Both the position numbers and the translations under genes were made by a program. From the NCBI GenBank assembly GCA_046290225.1, contig JBKAGE010000056.1, positions 1-63,748 on the forward strand: a stretch of 63,748 nucleotides of DNA. Direction: 5' to 3'. The stretch is from Bradymonadia bacterium. GTDB taxonomy: Bacteria > Myxococcota_A > Bradymonadia > UBA7976 > UBA1532. The notes beneath the pieces are model-generated. The model was not told the origin of the DNA. It ran no database searches and worked only from the letters and a program-made list of their open reading frames with translations. Every line of letters begins with the position of its first letter. Position 1 is the first letter of the stretch. Positions 10,860 to 21,198 of the stretch are shown piece by piece.

Positions 10860-13421
10860 ATGCGATATCGAACCCCTTGGATTCTGCCCGCCCTTTCTCT
10901 GTGCACTGCTCTGGGCCTCGCCCTGAGCGGCTGTGAGATCCGCAGTCACTCGGCGCCTGCCAGCGCGCCGGCCGTGGCCACCGTGGCTCAGGCTCAAGGG
11001 GCCGATGGGTTCTGGTGCAGCCCCTGCGAAGGCGTCGAAGACTGCCCTGCTGACTGGTTCTGTGCGGCCAGTGGGGGCAACCCCGACGTGCGGTGGTGCG
11101 GTCCGGGCTGCGTGGACGATGGTGACTGCCGAGAAGATCACGATTGTCTCATCGGCGTGTGTCGTCCTCGAGTGGGCCCGGGATGCGTGCCTGAGGCGCC
11201 GACCCAGATTTGGGATGTCGACGCCTGTGGGGGCGCCATCCTCGCCGACAGCGCCTGCCCGGACGAGGAGCGCTGCAGCCTCGGCATCTGCAGGGCGGGC
11301 CTGCCCGGTGACCGCTGCGCCGATGTGGAAGAGATCGAGCCGATCACTCAGGTGATCCAGGGCAACCTGGACGGCTACATCGGCGACTATCGCGGCTCAT
11401 GTGCGGGTGGCGGTCCAGAGCGCGTCTATCGCTTCACGCTGGATGCGCCCTCGCCCTTCGAAGCCCGGATGAGCGGTGAGGGGCGGGCGAGAGATACGGT
11501 GCTCTACCTGCGTCGGGATCGCTGTGAAGGCAATGACGAGGTTGCCTGCAACGATGACGAGCGTCCGGGCACGGTCAGCTCGATCATCAGCGAGAACCTC
11601 GAGCCCGGTGAGTACTTCCTCTTCGCCGATCTGTTCAGCAGCGGCGCCGGGGACGGACGGGACTTCACTCTGCACCTCGACTTCAGCGGGGGCTGCCTCG
11701 CGGGGTGCGAGCAGGGGGAGCGCCGGTGCATCGGCGATGACGCGGAGCAGGTCTGCGTGCTCGATCCCTTTGGTTGCACCGTGTGGGGCGAGCCCCTGGC
11801 GTGCGGTGTCGGTGAGACCTGTCGCGAAGGCTTCTGCGCCGCAGATTGCCCAGATGCGCCCTGCGAGATCGGTGAAGTGCGCTGCGCTGGGGTGGGCGGT
11901 ACTCAACGCTGTGGGGTAGAGGCGGGCTGCGTCGGCTGGCTCGATCCCGAGCCCTGCGAGGCCGGGTTGACCTGTGAGGGCGGTGTGTGTGGTTTCGACT
12001 GCCCCGAGGCCCCCTGCGCCGTGGGCCAGACACGCTGCAGCGGCGAGCAGCTGCAGCGCTGCGCAGCCAGCGACGACGGCTGTGTGCGCTGGCAATCCCC
12101 GGAGCTGTGTCCTGGTGGTGGGGTGTGCGAAGACAGCGTGTGCACTGAGCGCTGCCCCGACGAGCCCTGCTTTGCCGATCAGCGTCGCTGTGTTGGCCAG
12201 ACTCTGGAGCGCTGTGGCTTTGGCGAAGGTGGCTGTCGCGCGTGGGTGACGCAGGAGATCTGCGCCGCCAACACCCGCTGTATCGCGCAACAGTGCGTGC
12301 CGGTGGATGTCTGCCCCGAGGCCCCCTGCGAGGTGGGGGAGAGTCGCTGCCTGGGCGAGGAGTTCCTGGAGCTCTGTGGTGTAGACGACGGGGGCTGTGT
12401 GGACTGGGTGGTCCGACGCGACTGCCCAGAGGGCACCGCCTGCGATCCCGATCAGGGGCTGTGTGTACAGATCGACCTCTGCCCGCCGCCTGCGTGTGAG
12501 CGTGGTGCGCTTCGGTGTGGCGACGCGGGCGATGTCGAGGTGTGCATCGCCGATGACGAAGGCTGCATCAATTGGATCTCCTTCGGCCAGTGTGGTGAAG
12601 ACAGCCGCTGTGTAGACGGTGACTGTGTCGATCCTCTCCCCGGCGAGACGTGCGACGCGCCGATCCGTATTCGTCCGAGCAATCAACGGCTCGAGATCGA
12701 CCTCGACGACTACGCCTTCGACCAGGGCAACTTCTGCCTCGATGATGCGCGCCCTGATGTGTTCTTTGCGTTCTCCATCGGCTCGGACCTGGTGCTCAAC
12801 GCCTTCCCTGACGGTGCCCAGGTCTCTCTCTACGCCGCCGGGTGCGTCCCTGGCTCGCTGATCGACTGTGTCCCGTTCGTCGCGCCGCTGCGTACGCAGC
12901 TGTCGCCCGGTGATTATGTGTTGCAGATCAGCGGCCCGCCCCAACGTGTCGCTGTGGATCTGAGCTTCGAGCAGGTGTGTCTCGACGAGTGCTTCCCCGA
13001 TCAGACGGCCTGCTTGGACGATCGTCAGCTCGTGCGGTGCATCCTGGAGCGAGATGGCTGCTACCGCAACCAGGTCTCGGTGTGCCCCGGGGGTACGGTC
13101 TGTGACGGGGTGCAGTGCATTCCTCCGCTGCCCGACATGGGGGTGGAGGATGGCGGCGCTTCGGATGCTCAGGTGCCACCTGGAGACGCTGGCTTCGTGC
13201 CTGATGGCGCGATCTCTCCTGATGGCGGGGCTGCAGATGGTGGTTTTGCCCGCCCCGACGAGGGCTTCGGCCGTGGTGATGGTGGCCTTGTCGTGGACGA
13301 TGGAGATGGCCGCCCGAGCATCCGCGGCGGTCGTGGTTGTGACACCACTGGAGGCACTGGCCGTGGGCTGTGGTTGATCGCGGCCCTGTGCTGGGGTATC
13401 CGGCGAAGGTGGCGATCTTGA
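10860..13421 (+). CDS. Large Cys-rich surface lipoprotein with PPC-like domains and MYXO-CTERM-like tail
   Basis: Lipobox LSGC; DTVLYLRR...VACNDD...LEPGEYFL domain; repeated CPxxPCxxGExRC units; tail GCDTTGG...WGIRRRWR. Confidence 0.8.
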   Translation: MRYRTPWILPALSLCTALGLALSGCEIRSHSAPASAPAVATVAQAQGADGFWCSPCEGVEDCPADWFCAASGGNPDVRWCGPGCVDDGDCREDHDCLIGVCRPRVGPGCVPEAPTQIWDVDACGGAILADSACPDEERCSLGICRAGLPGDRCADVEEIEPITQVIQGNLDGYIGDYRGSCAGGGPERVYRFTLDAPSPFEARMSGEGRARDTVLYLRRDRCEGNDEVACNDDERPGTVSSIISENLEPGEYFLFADLFSSGAGDGRDFTLHLDFSGGCLAGCEQGERRCIGDDAEQVCVLDPFGCTVWGEPLACGVGETCREGFCAADCPDAPCEIGEVRCAGVGGTQRCGVEAGCVGWLDPEPCEAGLTCEGGVCGFDCPEAPCAVGQTRCSGEQLQRCAASDDGCVRWQSPELCPGGGVCEDSVCTERCPDEPCFADQRRCVGQTLERCGFGEGGCRAWVTQEICAANTRCIAQQCVPVDVCPEAPCEVGESRCLGEEFLELCGVDDGGCVDWVVRRDCPEGTACDPDQGLCVQIDLCPPPACERGALRCGDAGDVEVCIADDEGCINWISFGQCGEDSRCVDGDCVDPLPGETCDAPIRIRPSNQRLEIDLDDYAFDQGNFCLDDARPDVFFAFSIGSDLVLNAFPDGAQVSLYAAGCVPGSLIDCVPFVAPLRTQLSPGDYVLQISGPPQRVAVDLSFEQVCLDECFPDQTACLDDRQLVRCILERDGCYRNQVSVCPGGTVCDGVQCIPPLPDMGVEDGGASDAQVPPGDAGFVPDGAISPDGGAADGGFARPDEGFGRGDGGLVVDDGDGRPSIRGGRGCDTTGGTGRGLWLIAALCWGIRRRWRS

Positions 13422-13433
13422 TCAGGCGCAAGC

Positions 13434-16400
13434 ATGAGCAGCGATGAGCGGCGAGAGCAGCTGACCCCCCCTCCAGTCCCCATGGACGACGCAGAGCTGT
13501 CGGTGGAGCAAACCCTCGACGGTGACGATCTCCTCGATTTGATCGAAGAGGCTGAGCAGGATGACGAGGCCATGGCCCTCGACGCGCCCATCTTCGAGAT
13601 CGACGAGATCGAAGAGGACGCCCTTGAGGAGATCCCGCCCCGACGCCCGAGAGCGACGCTGCCTCCTGTGCCGCCGCCAGAGGCGAGGCCACAGCGAGAT
13701 CAGCCCCTGATCGACGAGGCCCGGCGTCTGGCCGAGGCTGCAGAGGCCGAGCTTGCAGAGCGGCCAGGCGAGCGGCGCACCCTCTGGCTGCATCGTACCC
13801 TCACCCGGCTCTACGAGGTCACCCTCGGCGATCCACGTCGAGCCCTGGTCCACGCCAGCAAAGCCCGCACGCTCGATCCGCACTGCCAGAGCACGACCGC
13901 TGCTCAGCGTCGCTGCCTCGTGGCCCTCGGGCGCCTCACCGAGGCCTTGTCGCTCTTCGATGCCGAGGCCCTCATCGCATCCAACGCCGAGCAGCAGGCG
14001 GCGGTGTTGTGGGCCAAGGCCACCTTGCTCGCAGACAGGGTGGGCGATCTTCCCGAGGCCCGCCGCGCCCTGGAGCGCGCCCACGGGCTCACCCCTCATG
14101 ACGGGGCGATCCACGAGGCACGGGCCTGGGCAGCCATGGCCGATGGTGACTGGGAGACTGCTGCTCAGGCCGTGGGTCGGGTGGCAGAGAGGTCCCGAGG
14201 CGCCTCTGCGGTTCGGGCCACCTGGCTGGCCATGAAGGCGCAAATCGCCATGTGGCGCCTCGAAGATCATGAGCAGGCCATCGAGCTCTACGAGCAAGCC
14301 CTCGAGCTCGAGGGCGAGTTGCCAGACGGTCCTCGAAGCGCAAACGGTGCCGTAGATGGCCTGCTTCTCCTGCTCGGGGCTCAGGGGCGATGGGGCACTC
14401 TGGTGCCGGCGCTGCAGGCCCGGGCGCGCTGGACCACCGATCCTGCACTGAAGGCTCGGATCTTCAGTCGCATTGCCCAATTGCTTTACAGCCGGTTCAA
14501 CGATCTCGATGGAGCCCTCAAGACCCTCGAAGCGGCAGTGGAGCTCACCCCCAAAGATCTCGAACTGCTGGCCCAGCTCGATGGCGTGTGCATGGCAGCA
14601 GGGCGAGACGCCCGCCTCGCAGAGGTCATCGCCCTGCAGGTACCGCTGGTGCCCGAAGGGGAGCGCGTGGCCCAGCTGCTGCGGCTGGCGCATCTGCGGG
14701 AGGGCCCTCTCGATGATGCTTCGGGTGCCACCGCAGCCTATGAGGAGATCCTTACCCTCGACCCATTGGAGATCACCGCCCTTGAAGGCCTCGACACGTT
14801 GTACGCCGCAGCGGGCCGCTGGGCAGAGCTGGTGGTGATTCGAAAGCGGGAGGCCGAGGAGGCACCCTCGGTCACGCGGCAAGCCATCGCTTTGAGCCGG
14901 GTGGCCGAGGTGTACATGCATCACCTCGACGATCGCGCCGCGGCCATCGAGGCGTTCAGCGCGGTGCTTCGGCGCACTCCGGATCATCTGGGCGCCTTCA
15001 AGGCCTTGAGCCGCCTCTACACGCTCGAGGGTGATCATCGCGCGCTGGTGAAGCTGAATGATGCTGGCGTGGAGACGGCGCCGACGCCGGTGCACAGGTT
15101 GCAACGCCTGATGCGGATCGCCGAACTGTACGAGGGTCCGCTGGCGGCGCCCGCGGAGGCGCTGACGGCGTATCGACGGGTGTTGGTGTTCCATCCCCAT
15201 CATCTGCCAGCCATTCATGGCGTCCAGCGGGCCGGTGAGGCCGCAGGTGATGAATCTGCCTGGATCGAAGCCCTCGACCACGAGATCGCCGGCACGCACA
15301 CCGAATACGCCCCCAGCGACGAAGGCGCACCGCTGGCCCCTGCGCCCGGGCGGCAAGCAGAGCTGCTCGTCGACAGCGTGAGGGTGCTCATCGCTGGTGG
15401 ACTCACAGATCGGCCAGAGGCTGCGGCGCAGGCGGTGAAGCGCATCGAACTCGCTCAAAGCCTGGCGCCACACGATGAAGCTGTGCTCTCGGTGGCGGCT
15501 CAGGTGCACCGGGTGCTGAGCCGCTGGCGTGGCTTGCTCCAGGCATGGTCGGCCCGATTGCCTCTCATCGAGCACACCGAGGGCAAAGTGGCGCTGCGTT
15601 TTGAAATGGCTCATCTCGCCGAGCACACCCTCGGCGACGAGACGGCGGCCATCGAGCACTACCGCGCTGTGGTGGAGCTCGATGGAAGCCACGCCGGAGC
15701 CATCGACGCCCTGGTGCGGCTCTACAGTGGTCAGAGTGAGTGGGCGAAGGTGGTGGAGGTGCTCGAGCAGGCCCTCGAAGGCGTGCCTGAGAGCGTCGTC
15801 TCGACGCAGGTGAGGCGTCACATCCAGCTTGCTCGGGTGCACGAAGACCACCTCGACGCCCTCGAGCAGGCGCATCGTCATTACAGCGCCGTCTGTCGCC
15901 TGATGCCCGCACATCCTCAGGGCATCGATGGGGTGGCACGGGTGCTGGGTACCCTTGGCCGATTCGAGGAGATGGTGACCGCCATCGACAGTTGGATCGA
16001 CCAGTGCGCCGAGGTGCGTTGGGTGGTGGAGGCGCGCTTGCTCCAGGCCTCGGTGTCGCTCCACGTGTTGGGCGACGCCACGCGCGCCATCGCTGCATGG
16101 CGCGCTGTGCTCGAGCTGGAGCCTCTGCATCTCGGCGCCCACCTCTGGCTTGCGGCTCACCGTCGCTGGGCCGACGACTTCGAAGGCGCCGCAGAGCATC
16201 TCGAGGCGCGGTGTGCCCTCGACAACGCTCAAGGCGACACCGAGGTGAGGCTCATGGCGCTGCGGGCTCATAGTCGAGTCCTCGCCCTCGGGGGAGACGA
16301 AGAGGGCCATCAGCGACGGACCATCTTTGAAGAGGTCCTCGATCTGGCCCCTGGTGATCCTCGGGCCCTCGATGCCTTGCTCACCCTGGCGCTCCATGGT

Positions 16401-18692
16401 GATCGACCTGATCTCATGGCCTGGATCGGGCCGCAGCTCGCCGACATCGCTCCGAGCCCCCTCATCGTCGCCGAGCACTGGACCTCTTCCGGTGAAGCGC
16501 AGGAGATGCTGGGCCGGAGTGAGAGTGCCCTCGAGGCCTATCACCGGGCTCTCGCAGTGGACGCGGAGGCCCTCGCCGCCGTGAAGGGCCTCGTGCGGGT
16601 GGGGCGCGTCCTCGAAAACGACGAGGTCCTCGCCGAAGGCCTGCGGCGTCAGGGGGGTCTCACCGCCGGTGACGTCGAGGCCGCCGATCTGTGGGTGCAG
16701 TCAGCGCGGCTGGCCATCGGTCCGTGTCAGGACACCGTTCAAGGGGCCGCTGATCTCGAAGCAGCCCTCGACCGGTGCCCTGCCCACGAGGCCGCAGCAG
16801 AGTTGTTGGTGACCACCCTCGTGGAGCGCGGCGAGGGTGAGCGGCTGGTGCATCAGCTCACCGTGGCCGCCCGGGCCCTCGATCTCGACACTCACGGGCC
16901 CCGCATCGCCGATCTGTGGCTTGAGATCGCTCGCATCTACGCCGACGAGCTCAGGAACATGGGGGCTGCCCTCACTGCGCTCCGGCGCTTGCTCAAGCAG
17001 TCTCCCGATCACCTGGGGGGTATGCTCTATACCGCGGAGATCTATGCCCGGGACCGCCAGTGGTCCGCTGCGGAGTCGGCCCTCGTGCAGGCTGTAGAAG
17101 GCATGTCCGAGCAGGAGTCCCGCCGCGTACGGCTGGAGACGCTGCTCAAGCTCACGCGCTTGAGGGCGGAGCGGCTGCGCAACGCAGCGGGGGCGTTGGA
17201 GAGCGCCGAGGCGGCTCTGAGCCTCAAGCGGGACGACCGCCAAGCCCTCTATTGGGTGGCCCGCCTGGAGCATGCCCAGGGCAACCTCGACATCGCCGTG
17301 GAGACCGCTCAGCGACGGGTGCAGGCGTCAGTGGCACCCGCTGATCGCGTCGACGCCCTCATGCAGCTCGCCCGCATCGAGCTCGATCGCGGCGGATCGA
17401 TCGGTGGCCGGGGCGCCGCCGCTGCGTTGAGAGAGGCTGTGGTCATCGAGGGCCCTCAGGGCGAGGCCTGGACCGAATACATGAAGGTGGTGGAGGCCTA
17501 CGACAGCTGGCAAGCCTACGCTGAGGCGCTGCGACGTCACCTCGACAGCGTGGCCACCGCTGAAGCGCCTCACACTGATCGGTGGCTCGAGCTCGCCCGG
17601 GTACGAGGAGAGCGTCTCGGTGATCCGCGAGGGGCGCTGGAGATCCTCGACGCCGCTCGACAGCTGGCCCCTGAGCACGTGCCCCTCAAGCTCGAGTCGG
17701 CTCAGTGCCTCATCGACGCCCAGGCATATGGTCAGGCGGTGAACAACCTCGCGAAGCTGCTCGGCGAAGCGCCGCGCCTCACCGAGGGCTGGTCTGCGCT
17801 GAAGCGGGCGTGGACCGAAGGGGGCCAGCCCCAGGCGGCGGCCCTCACCGCCACGGCATTGCACGTCCTCGGCGCCCCCGGTGGTCACCCGCCTACGGCA
17901 GGGCCCGATCTGCGGGCCATTCCTGCAGAGGCCCTCAACGGCGAGGCCCTCGACACCTATGCCGCTGAGGCCTCGGAAGTCCGCATGTGGTCTCAGGCCC
18001 TGGCCCTCGCCGCTGAAGGTGTGAGCCGGGCCCGCCCTGCCGAGCCTGCAGCGTTGGGCATCAACAGCCGGGATCGACTCTCGCCGCGGGCAGATCATGG
18101 CTTGAGGCAGCTCGTCGACACCTTGACGCCGGCCTTCGGCGTCAGCGGTTTCGAGGTGTATCTGCGGCCCGAGCGGGGGCGCAGTTGCCAGATCGCTTTG
18201 GGCAAACACCCCATGATCATCCTCGACGAAGGCCTCTCTCAAGCCCCGATGCCCGTGCAGGTGTTCCGGGTGGGCCGCATCATGGCCTACCTCGCTCGGG
18301 GGCTGCACCCCGCGGCGGCGCTGGACACCGAGGCTCTTGAAGACGTCTTCCGGGCGTTGAGACGTATCGGCGCCCCCGTGGCCGAGCCCGACGCCGAGCG
18401 CCTCGACGACTTGCTCCGGCGCATTCTGAAGGGCACCCCCAGGCGCAACCGCAGGGCCCTCGAGGAGTTGGGTCGTGCCCTCGCCGGCCGCAGAGCCCTC
18501 GACGTGGGGCCATGGCGCGATCAGGTGGCCGTGGCCCACGAGCGCGTGGCGGCCATGCTCGCCGGTGACCTCAAGGCCATCGTCGATCGCGGAGGCCGCA
18601 GAGCCCGCGATCCCAAGACCACCTCGGCGTTGCTGGCCGGATGGTGTGATGCCAGCGCCATGCATCTGCGCCGGCGATGCGGGTGGGTGTAA
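13434..18692 (+). CDS. Giant tetratricopeptide-repeat protein, myxobacterial type
   Basis: 1752 aa; acidic N-terminus; repeated A..AY..vL..dP....AL..L..LY....W..L units. Confidence 0.85.
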   Translation: MSSDERREQLTPPPVPMDDAELSVEQTLDGDDLLDLIEEAEQDDEAMALDAPIFEIDEIEEDALEEIPPRRPRATLPPVPPPEARPQRDQPLIDEARRLAEAAEAELAERPGERRTLWLHRTLTRLYEVTLGDPRRALVHASKARTLDPHCQSTTAAQRRCLVALGRLTEALSLFDAEALIASNAEQQAAVLWAKATLLADRVGDLPEARRALERAHGLTPHDGAIHEARAWAAMADGDWETAAQAVGRVAERSRGASAVRATWLAMKAQIAMWRLEDHEQAIELYEQALELEGELPDGPRSANGAVDGLLLLLGAQGRWGTLVPALQARARWTTDPALKARIFSRIAQLLYSRFNDLDGALKTLEAAVELTPKDLELLAQLDGVCMAAGRDARLAEVIALQVPLVPEGERVAQLLRLAHLREGPLDDASGATAAYEEILTLDPLEITALEGLDTLYAAAGRWAELVVIRKREAEEAPSVTRQAIALSRVAEVYMHHLDDRAAAIEAFSAVLRRTPDHLGAFKALSRLYTLEGDHRALVKLNDAGVETAPTPVHRLQRLMRIAELYEGPLAAPAEALTAYRRVLVFHPHHLPAIHGVQRAGEAAGDESAWIEALDHEIAGTHTEYAPSDEGAPLAPAPGRQAELLVDSVRVLIAGGLTDRPEAAAQAVKRIELAQSLAPHDEAVLSVAAQVHRVLSRWRGLLQAWSARLPLIEHTEGKVALRFEMAHLAEHTLGDETAAIEHYRAVVELDGSHAGAIDALVRLYSGQSEWAKVVEVLEQALEGVPESVVSTQVRRHIQLARVHEDHLDALEQAHRHYSAVCRLMPAHPQGIDGVARVLGTLGRFEEMVTAIDSWIDQCAEVRWVVEARLLQASVSLHVLGDATRAIAAWRAVLELEPLHLGAHLWLAAHRRWADDFEGAAEHLEARCALDNAQGDTEVRLMALRAHSRVLALGGDEEGHQRRTIFEEVLDLAPGDPRALDALLTLALHGDRPDLMAWIGPQLADIAPSPLIVAEHWTSSGEAQEMLGRSESALEAYHRALAVDAEALAAVKGLVRVGRVLENDEVLAEGLRRQGGLTAGDVEAADLWVQSARLAIGPCQDTVQGAADLEAALDRCPAHEAAAELLVTTLVERGEGERLVHQLTVAARALDLDTHGPRIADLWLEIARIYADELRNMGAALTALRRLLKQSPDHLGGMLYTAEIYARDRQWSAAESALVQAVEGMSEQESRRVRLETLLKLTRLRAERLRNAAGALESAEAALSLKRDDRQALYWVARLEHAQGNLDIAVETAQRRVQASVAPADRVDALMQLARIELDRGGSIGGRGAAAALREAVVIEGPQGEAWTEYMKVVEAYDSWQAYAEALRRHLDSVATAEAPHTDRWLELARVRGERLGDPRGALEILDAARQLAPEHVPLKLESAQCLIDAQAYGQAVNNLAKLLGEAPRLTEGWSALKRAWTEGGQPQAAALTATALHVLGAPGGHPPTAGPDLRAIPAEALNGEALDTYAAEASEVRMWSQALALAAEGVSRARPAEPAALGINSRDRLSPRADHGLRQLVDTLTPAFGVSGFEVYLRPERGRSCQIALGKHPMIILDEGLSQAPMPVQVFRVGRIMAYLARGLHPAAALDTEALEDVFRALRRIGAPVAEPDAERLDDLLRRILKGTPRRNRRALEELGRALAGRRALDVGPWRDQVAVAHERVAAMLAGDLKAIVDRGGRRARDPKTTSALLAGWCDASAMHLRRRCGWV

Positions 18693-20386
18693 TGCGTCAT
18701 CTCATTGTGTTGCTCCTTGCCATCTGGGGGAGCGCTGTCCTCTGGGGGTGCACGGTCGAGTTCGACGACACGTGCGCCGGTGACGACGACTGCCCCGCAG
18801 ATCAGGTCTGTGACGAGCAATACTGCGTACCGGGCGCACGTACGCCCGACAGCATGCCGCCTATGCCTGATCTGGAACTGCCGCCTGACATGGGGGCGGT
18901 CGATGCAGAGATCCCCGATGCGTTGCCTTTCCCTGTCCCCGGTGCGCCGGGAGGACCATGTGAGAACAACGCGGACTGCCCTCTGGGCACGCTCTGCTCA
19001 CCGGAGCTGGGCATCTGTGGCGTAGAATGCAGCGACAGCCCGAACATCTGCGGCGAGTTTGCGCGCTGTGGCTCGTTCACCGGTGGTGATCTGCGCATCT
19101 GTCGGATGAAGTGTGATCGGAGAGAGCGGTGGTCGTGCTGGCCCGGGTGGTCCTGCGAGCCGGATCCCGACGGCCAGGGTGACGTCTGCCTGCCTGCGTG
19201 CTGGCACCCTTTGTTCACCGGGTGCACCTCACTGGAGACCTGCGGCCCGAACTTCTCCTACTTCAACCGGTGCACCGAGACGCAGACCTGTGATCTCACC
19301 TCGGGGCGATGTCTCGAGGCCAACGAGCTGGGCCGTTGTCCGCTGCCCTGTCAGCCTGGAGAGCGTTGCCGAGAGCTTGCAGAGAGCGGCGGTCGGTGCA
19401 TCCGCGACGATGGCTCGTGTACTTCGAACTACAACTGTGGACAGCAGCGCCCGCTGTGCCATCTGGGGCGGTGCATCCCGCCTCAGAGCACCATCTCCTG
19501 TGCCCCTGGGGCCGACGTGTGTCCCGAGGGCATGGCGTGTGGGGCCCGCAGTCCCGAGAACCTCGATGGCCGGTGTCAGCCAGAGTGCGGCAGCGACGAA
19601 GACTGCCCTCCAGGCAACACGTGCAAGACCGTCTACCCCGACGAGCCTCCTGTGTGTATCGAGTCGTTCTGTGGCGACGAGAACGGCAACGGCGACATCT
19701 TCGGCGAGTGCGCCATCGCCGGTGAAGGGGAGGAGATCAACGGCACGTGCTACTGGCTGGGGGTGGAGGGCAGCGGCCTGTGCTCCGCCGCGGGCACCGC
19801 TCAGATCGGCGATCAGTGCGACAATCAGTTCAACATCCTCAACCCCAGCACCGCACCTCTGCAATGCGCGCCGGGGTTGATCTGTGTCGGCGACAACGAC
19901 AACCCGGAGATCCCCAGGCGCCCGTTGCCGGGCCTCGGCCGCTGTCTGCAGTATTGCGACACCCTGCTCAACAGTTGCCCCGAAGGGTTTCAGTGTCTCA
20001 CCCTCGACAACAGCAGCGAGGGCGCCCAAGGGCAGGTCAGCGGCCGCAGCGGTGTGTGCAGCCCCAGCACATGCACCGTGGGCCTCGAAGAGGCGGCCAC
20101 CACCCTCGAGTGTGGTCAGGAGGGGCAGACCTGTGTGCCGGTGAGCCTGTTCAGCGACGAGGGGGTGTGCCTGCCTGAGCGAGGCGACGCGCTGCCGCTC
20201 TTCACCGCACCATGTGCCCTCAACGAAGAGTGCCCTCACGGTGGCGTCTGTGTGGATCCAGGCCTTGGGGTGCCCATTTGCTTGCCCACCTGCAACCCCA
20301 ACAATCAACGGTCGCGTGCCTGCAACCCCAACGAGCGGTGCTTGCGTGACATCATCCCCGGCTTTGGGGTGTGCTTGCCCAACTGA
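18692..20386 (+). CDS. Cys-rich secreted lipoprotein
   Basis: TAATG coupling to the TPR gene; lipobox LWGC; many CxxDxDCPxxxxC modules. Confidence 0.8.
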   Translation: MRHLIVLLLAIWGSAVLWGCTVEFDDTCAGDDDCPADQVCDEQYCVPGARTPDSMPPMPDLELPPDMGAVDAEIPDALPFPVPGAPGGPCENNADCPLGTLCSPELGICGVECSDSPNICGEFARCGSFTGGDLRICRMKCDRRERWSCWPGWSCEPDPDGQGDVCLPACWHPLFTGCTSLETCGPNFSYFNRCTETQTCDLTSGRCLEANELGRCPLPCQPGERCRELAESGGRCIRDDGSCTSNYNCGQQRPLCHLGRCIPPQSTISCAPGADVCPEGMACGARSPENLDGRCQPECGSDEDCPPGNTCKTVYPDEPPVCIESFCGDENGNGDIFGECAIAGEGEEINGTCYWLGVEGSGLCSAAGTAQIGDQCDNQFNILNPSTAPLQCAPGLICVGDNDNPEIPRRPLPGLGRCLQYCDTLLNSCPEGFQCLTLDNSSEGAQGQVSGRSGVCSPSTCTVGLEEAATTLECGQEGQTCVPVSLFSDEGVCLPERGDALPLFTAPCALNEECPHGGVCVDPGLGVPICLPTCNPNNQRSRACNPNERCLRDIIPGFGVCLPN

Positions 20387-20389
20387 GGT

Positions 20390-21121
20390 TTATGGGGCGA
20401 GCAGGGTCAGATACACCACTGACTGCACTGGGATCAGCATCACCGACTGGTTGTACTGGAACTTGATGATGTTGCCGTCCGTGGCCACCACTGTGCCCTT
20501 GAAGGCCTCGCCGTTCGACAGTTTGACCATGACCCGTTTCCCGACAGCCTCGTAGAGGAACGAGGCTTGATAGTTGCCGGAGGCCGAGGCGTAGGAGCTG
20601 CTGGCCCGAGCCTCGGTGGCCCACTGGAGCGTGCCGTCTGCACCGCGAACGGACACCGCGTCGATCTCGTTCCAGCCGTTCACTCGGGTCGTGTCCAGGT
20701 GGATCTTCACCCCAGAGGCTTTCACCTTGCGCCTCGCCTTCACCTTCAGCACCCGCATGGCGGTCTCGGGCACTGATCCGCCGGACCAGATGGTGATGGG
20801 GCCTTCTTCGGAGAGGGCCTCGATCTTCACCACGGCGCCGGGGTTGAAGCTCTCGTAGACGTGCACCTCCGAGAGTACAGTGGCTCGGGCGAAGTCCACC
20901 TCCAGCCACTCTGCGCCGGCGTTGGGCTGCAACGTGGCCCAGGCTCGGGCGTCATCGCCGGCGGTGGGCACGTCGGCCACACCCACCGCCTGCTGAGCGC
21001 TCCAGCTCGGCGCGCCGGCAGAAGACTTGCTCGATTGCACCCTCATCGTCTCGGCAGAGGCAGAAAACGCCCCGGCAAGGCACAGACACAGGGCCGCAGA
21101 CACAGAAACACGCATCGACAT
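20390..21121 (-). CDS. Secreted protein with a discoidin/galactose-binding-like domain (pappalysin/FBXL4-like) and a C-terminal Sm-like domain
   Basis: Signal peptide; WSAQQAVG, EWLEVDF, YESFNPGAVVKI, WNEIDAV; C-terminal GKRVMVKLSNGEAFKGTVV...MLIP. Confidence 0.6.
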   Translation of the reverse strand: MSMRVSVSAALCLCLAGAFSASAETMRVQSSKSSAGAPSWSAQQAVGVADVPTAGDDARAWATLQPNAGAEWLEVDFARATVLSEVHVYESFNPGAVVKIEALSEEGPITIWSGGSVPETAMRVLKVKARRKVKASGVKIHLDTTRVNGWNEIDAVSVRGADGTLQWATEARASSSYASASGNYQASFLYEAVGKRVMVKLSNGEAFKGTVVATDGNIIKFQYNQSVMLIPVQSVVYLTLLAP

Positions 21122-21198
21122 AGGAAGACTCCCTCAGGGTGATGGCTCCCTGTACGGGGCAACGGCGTATACGATCTGTCAAGAGACGAGATGAGCGA

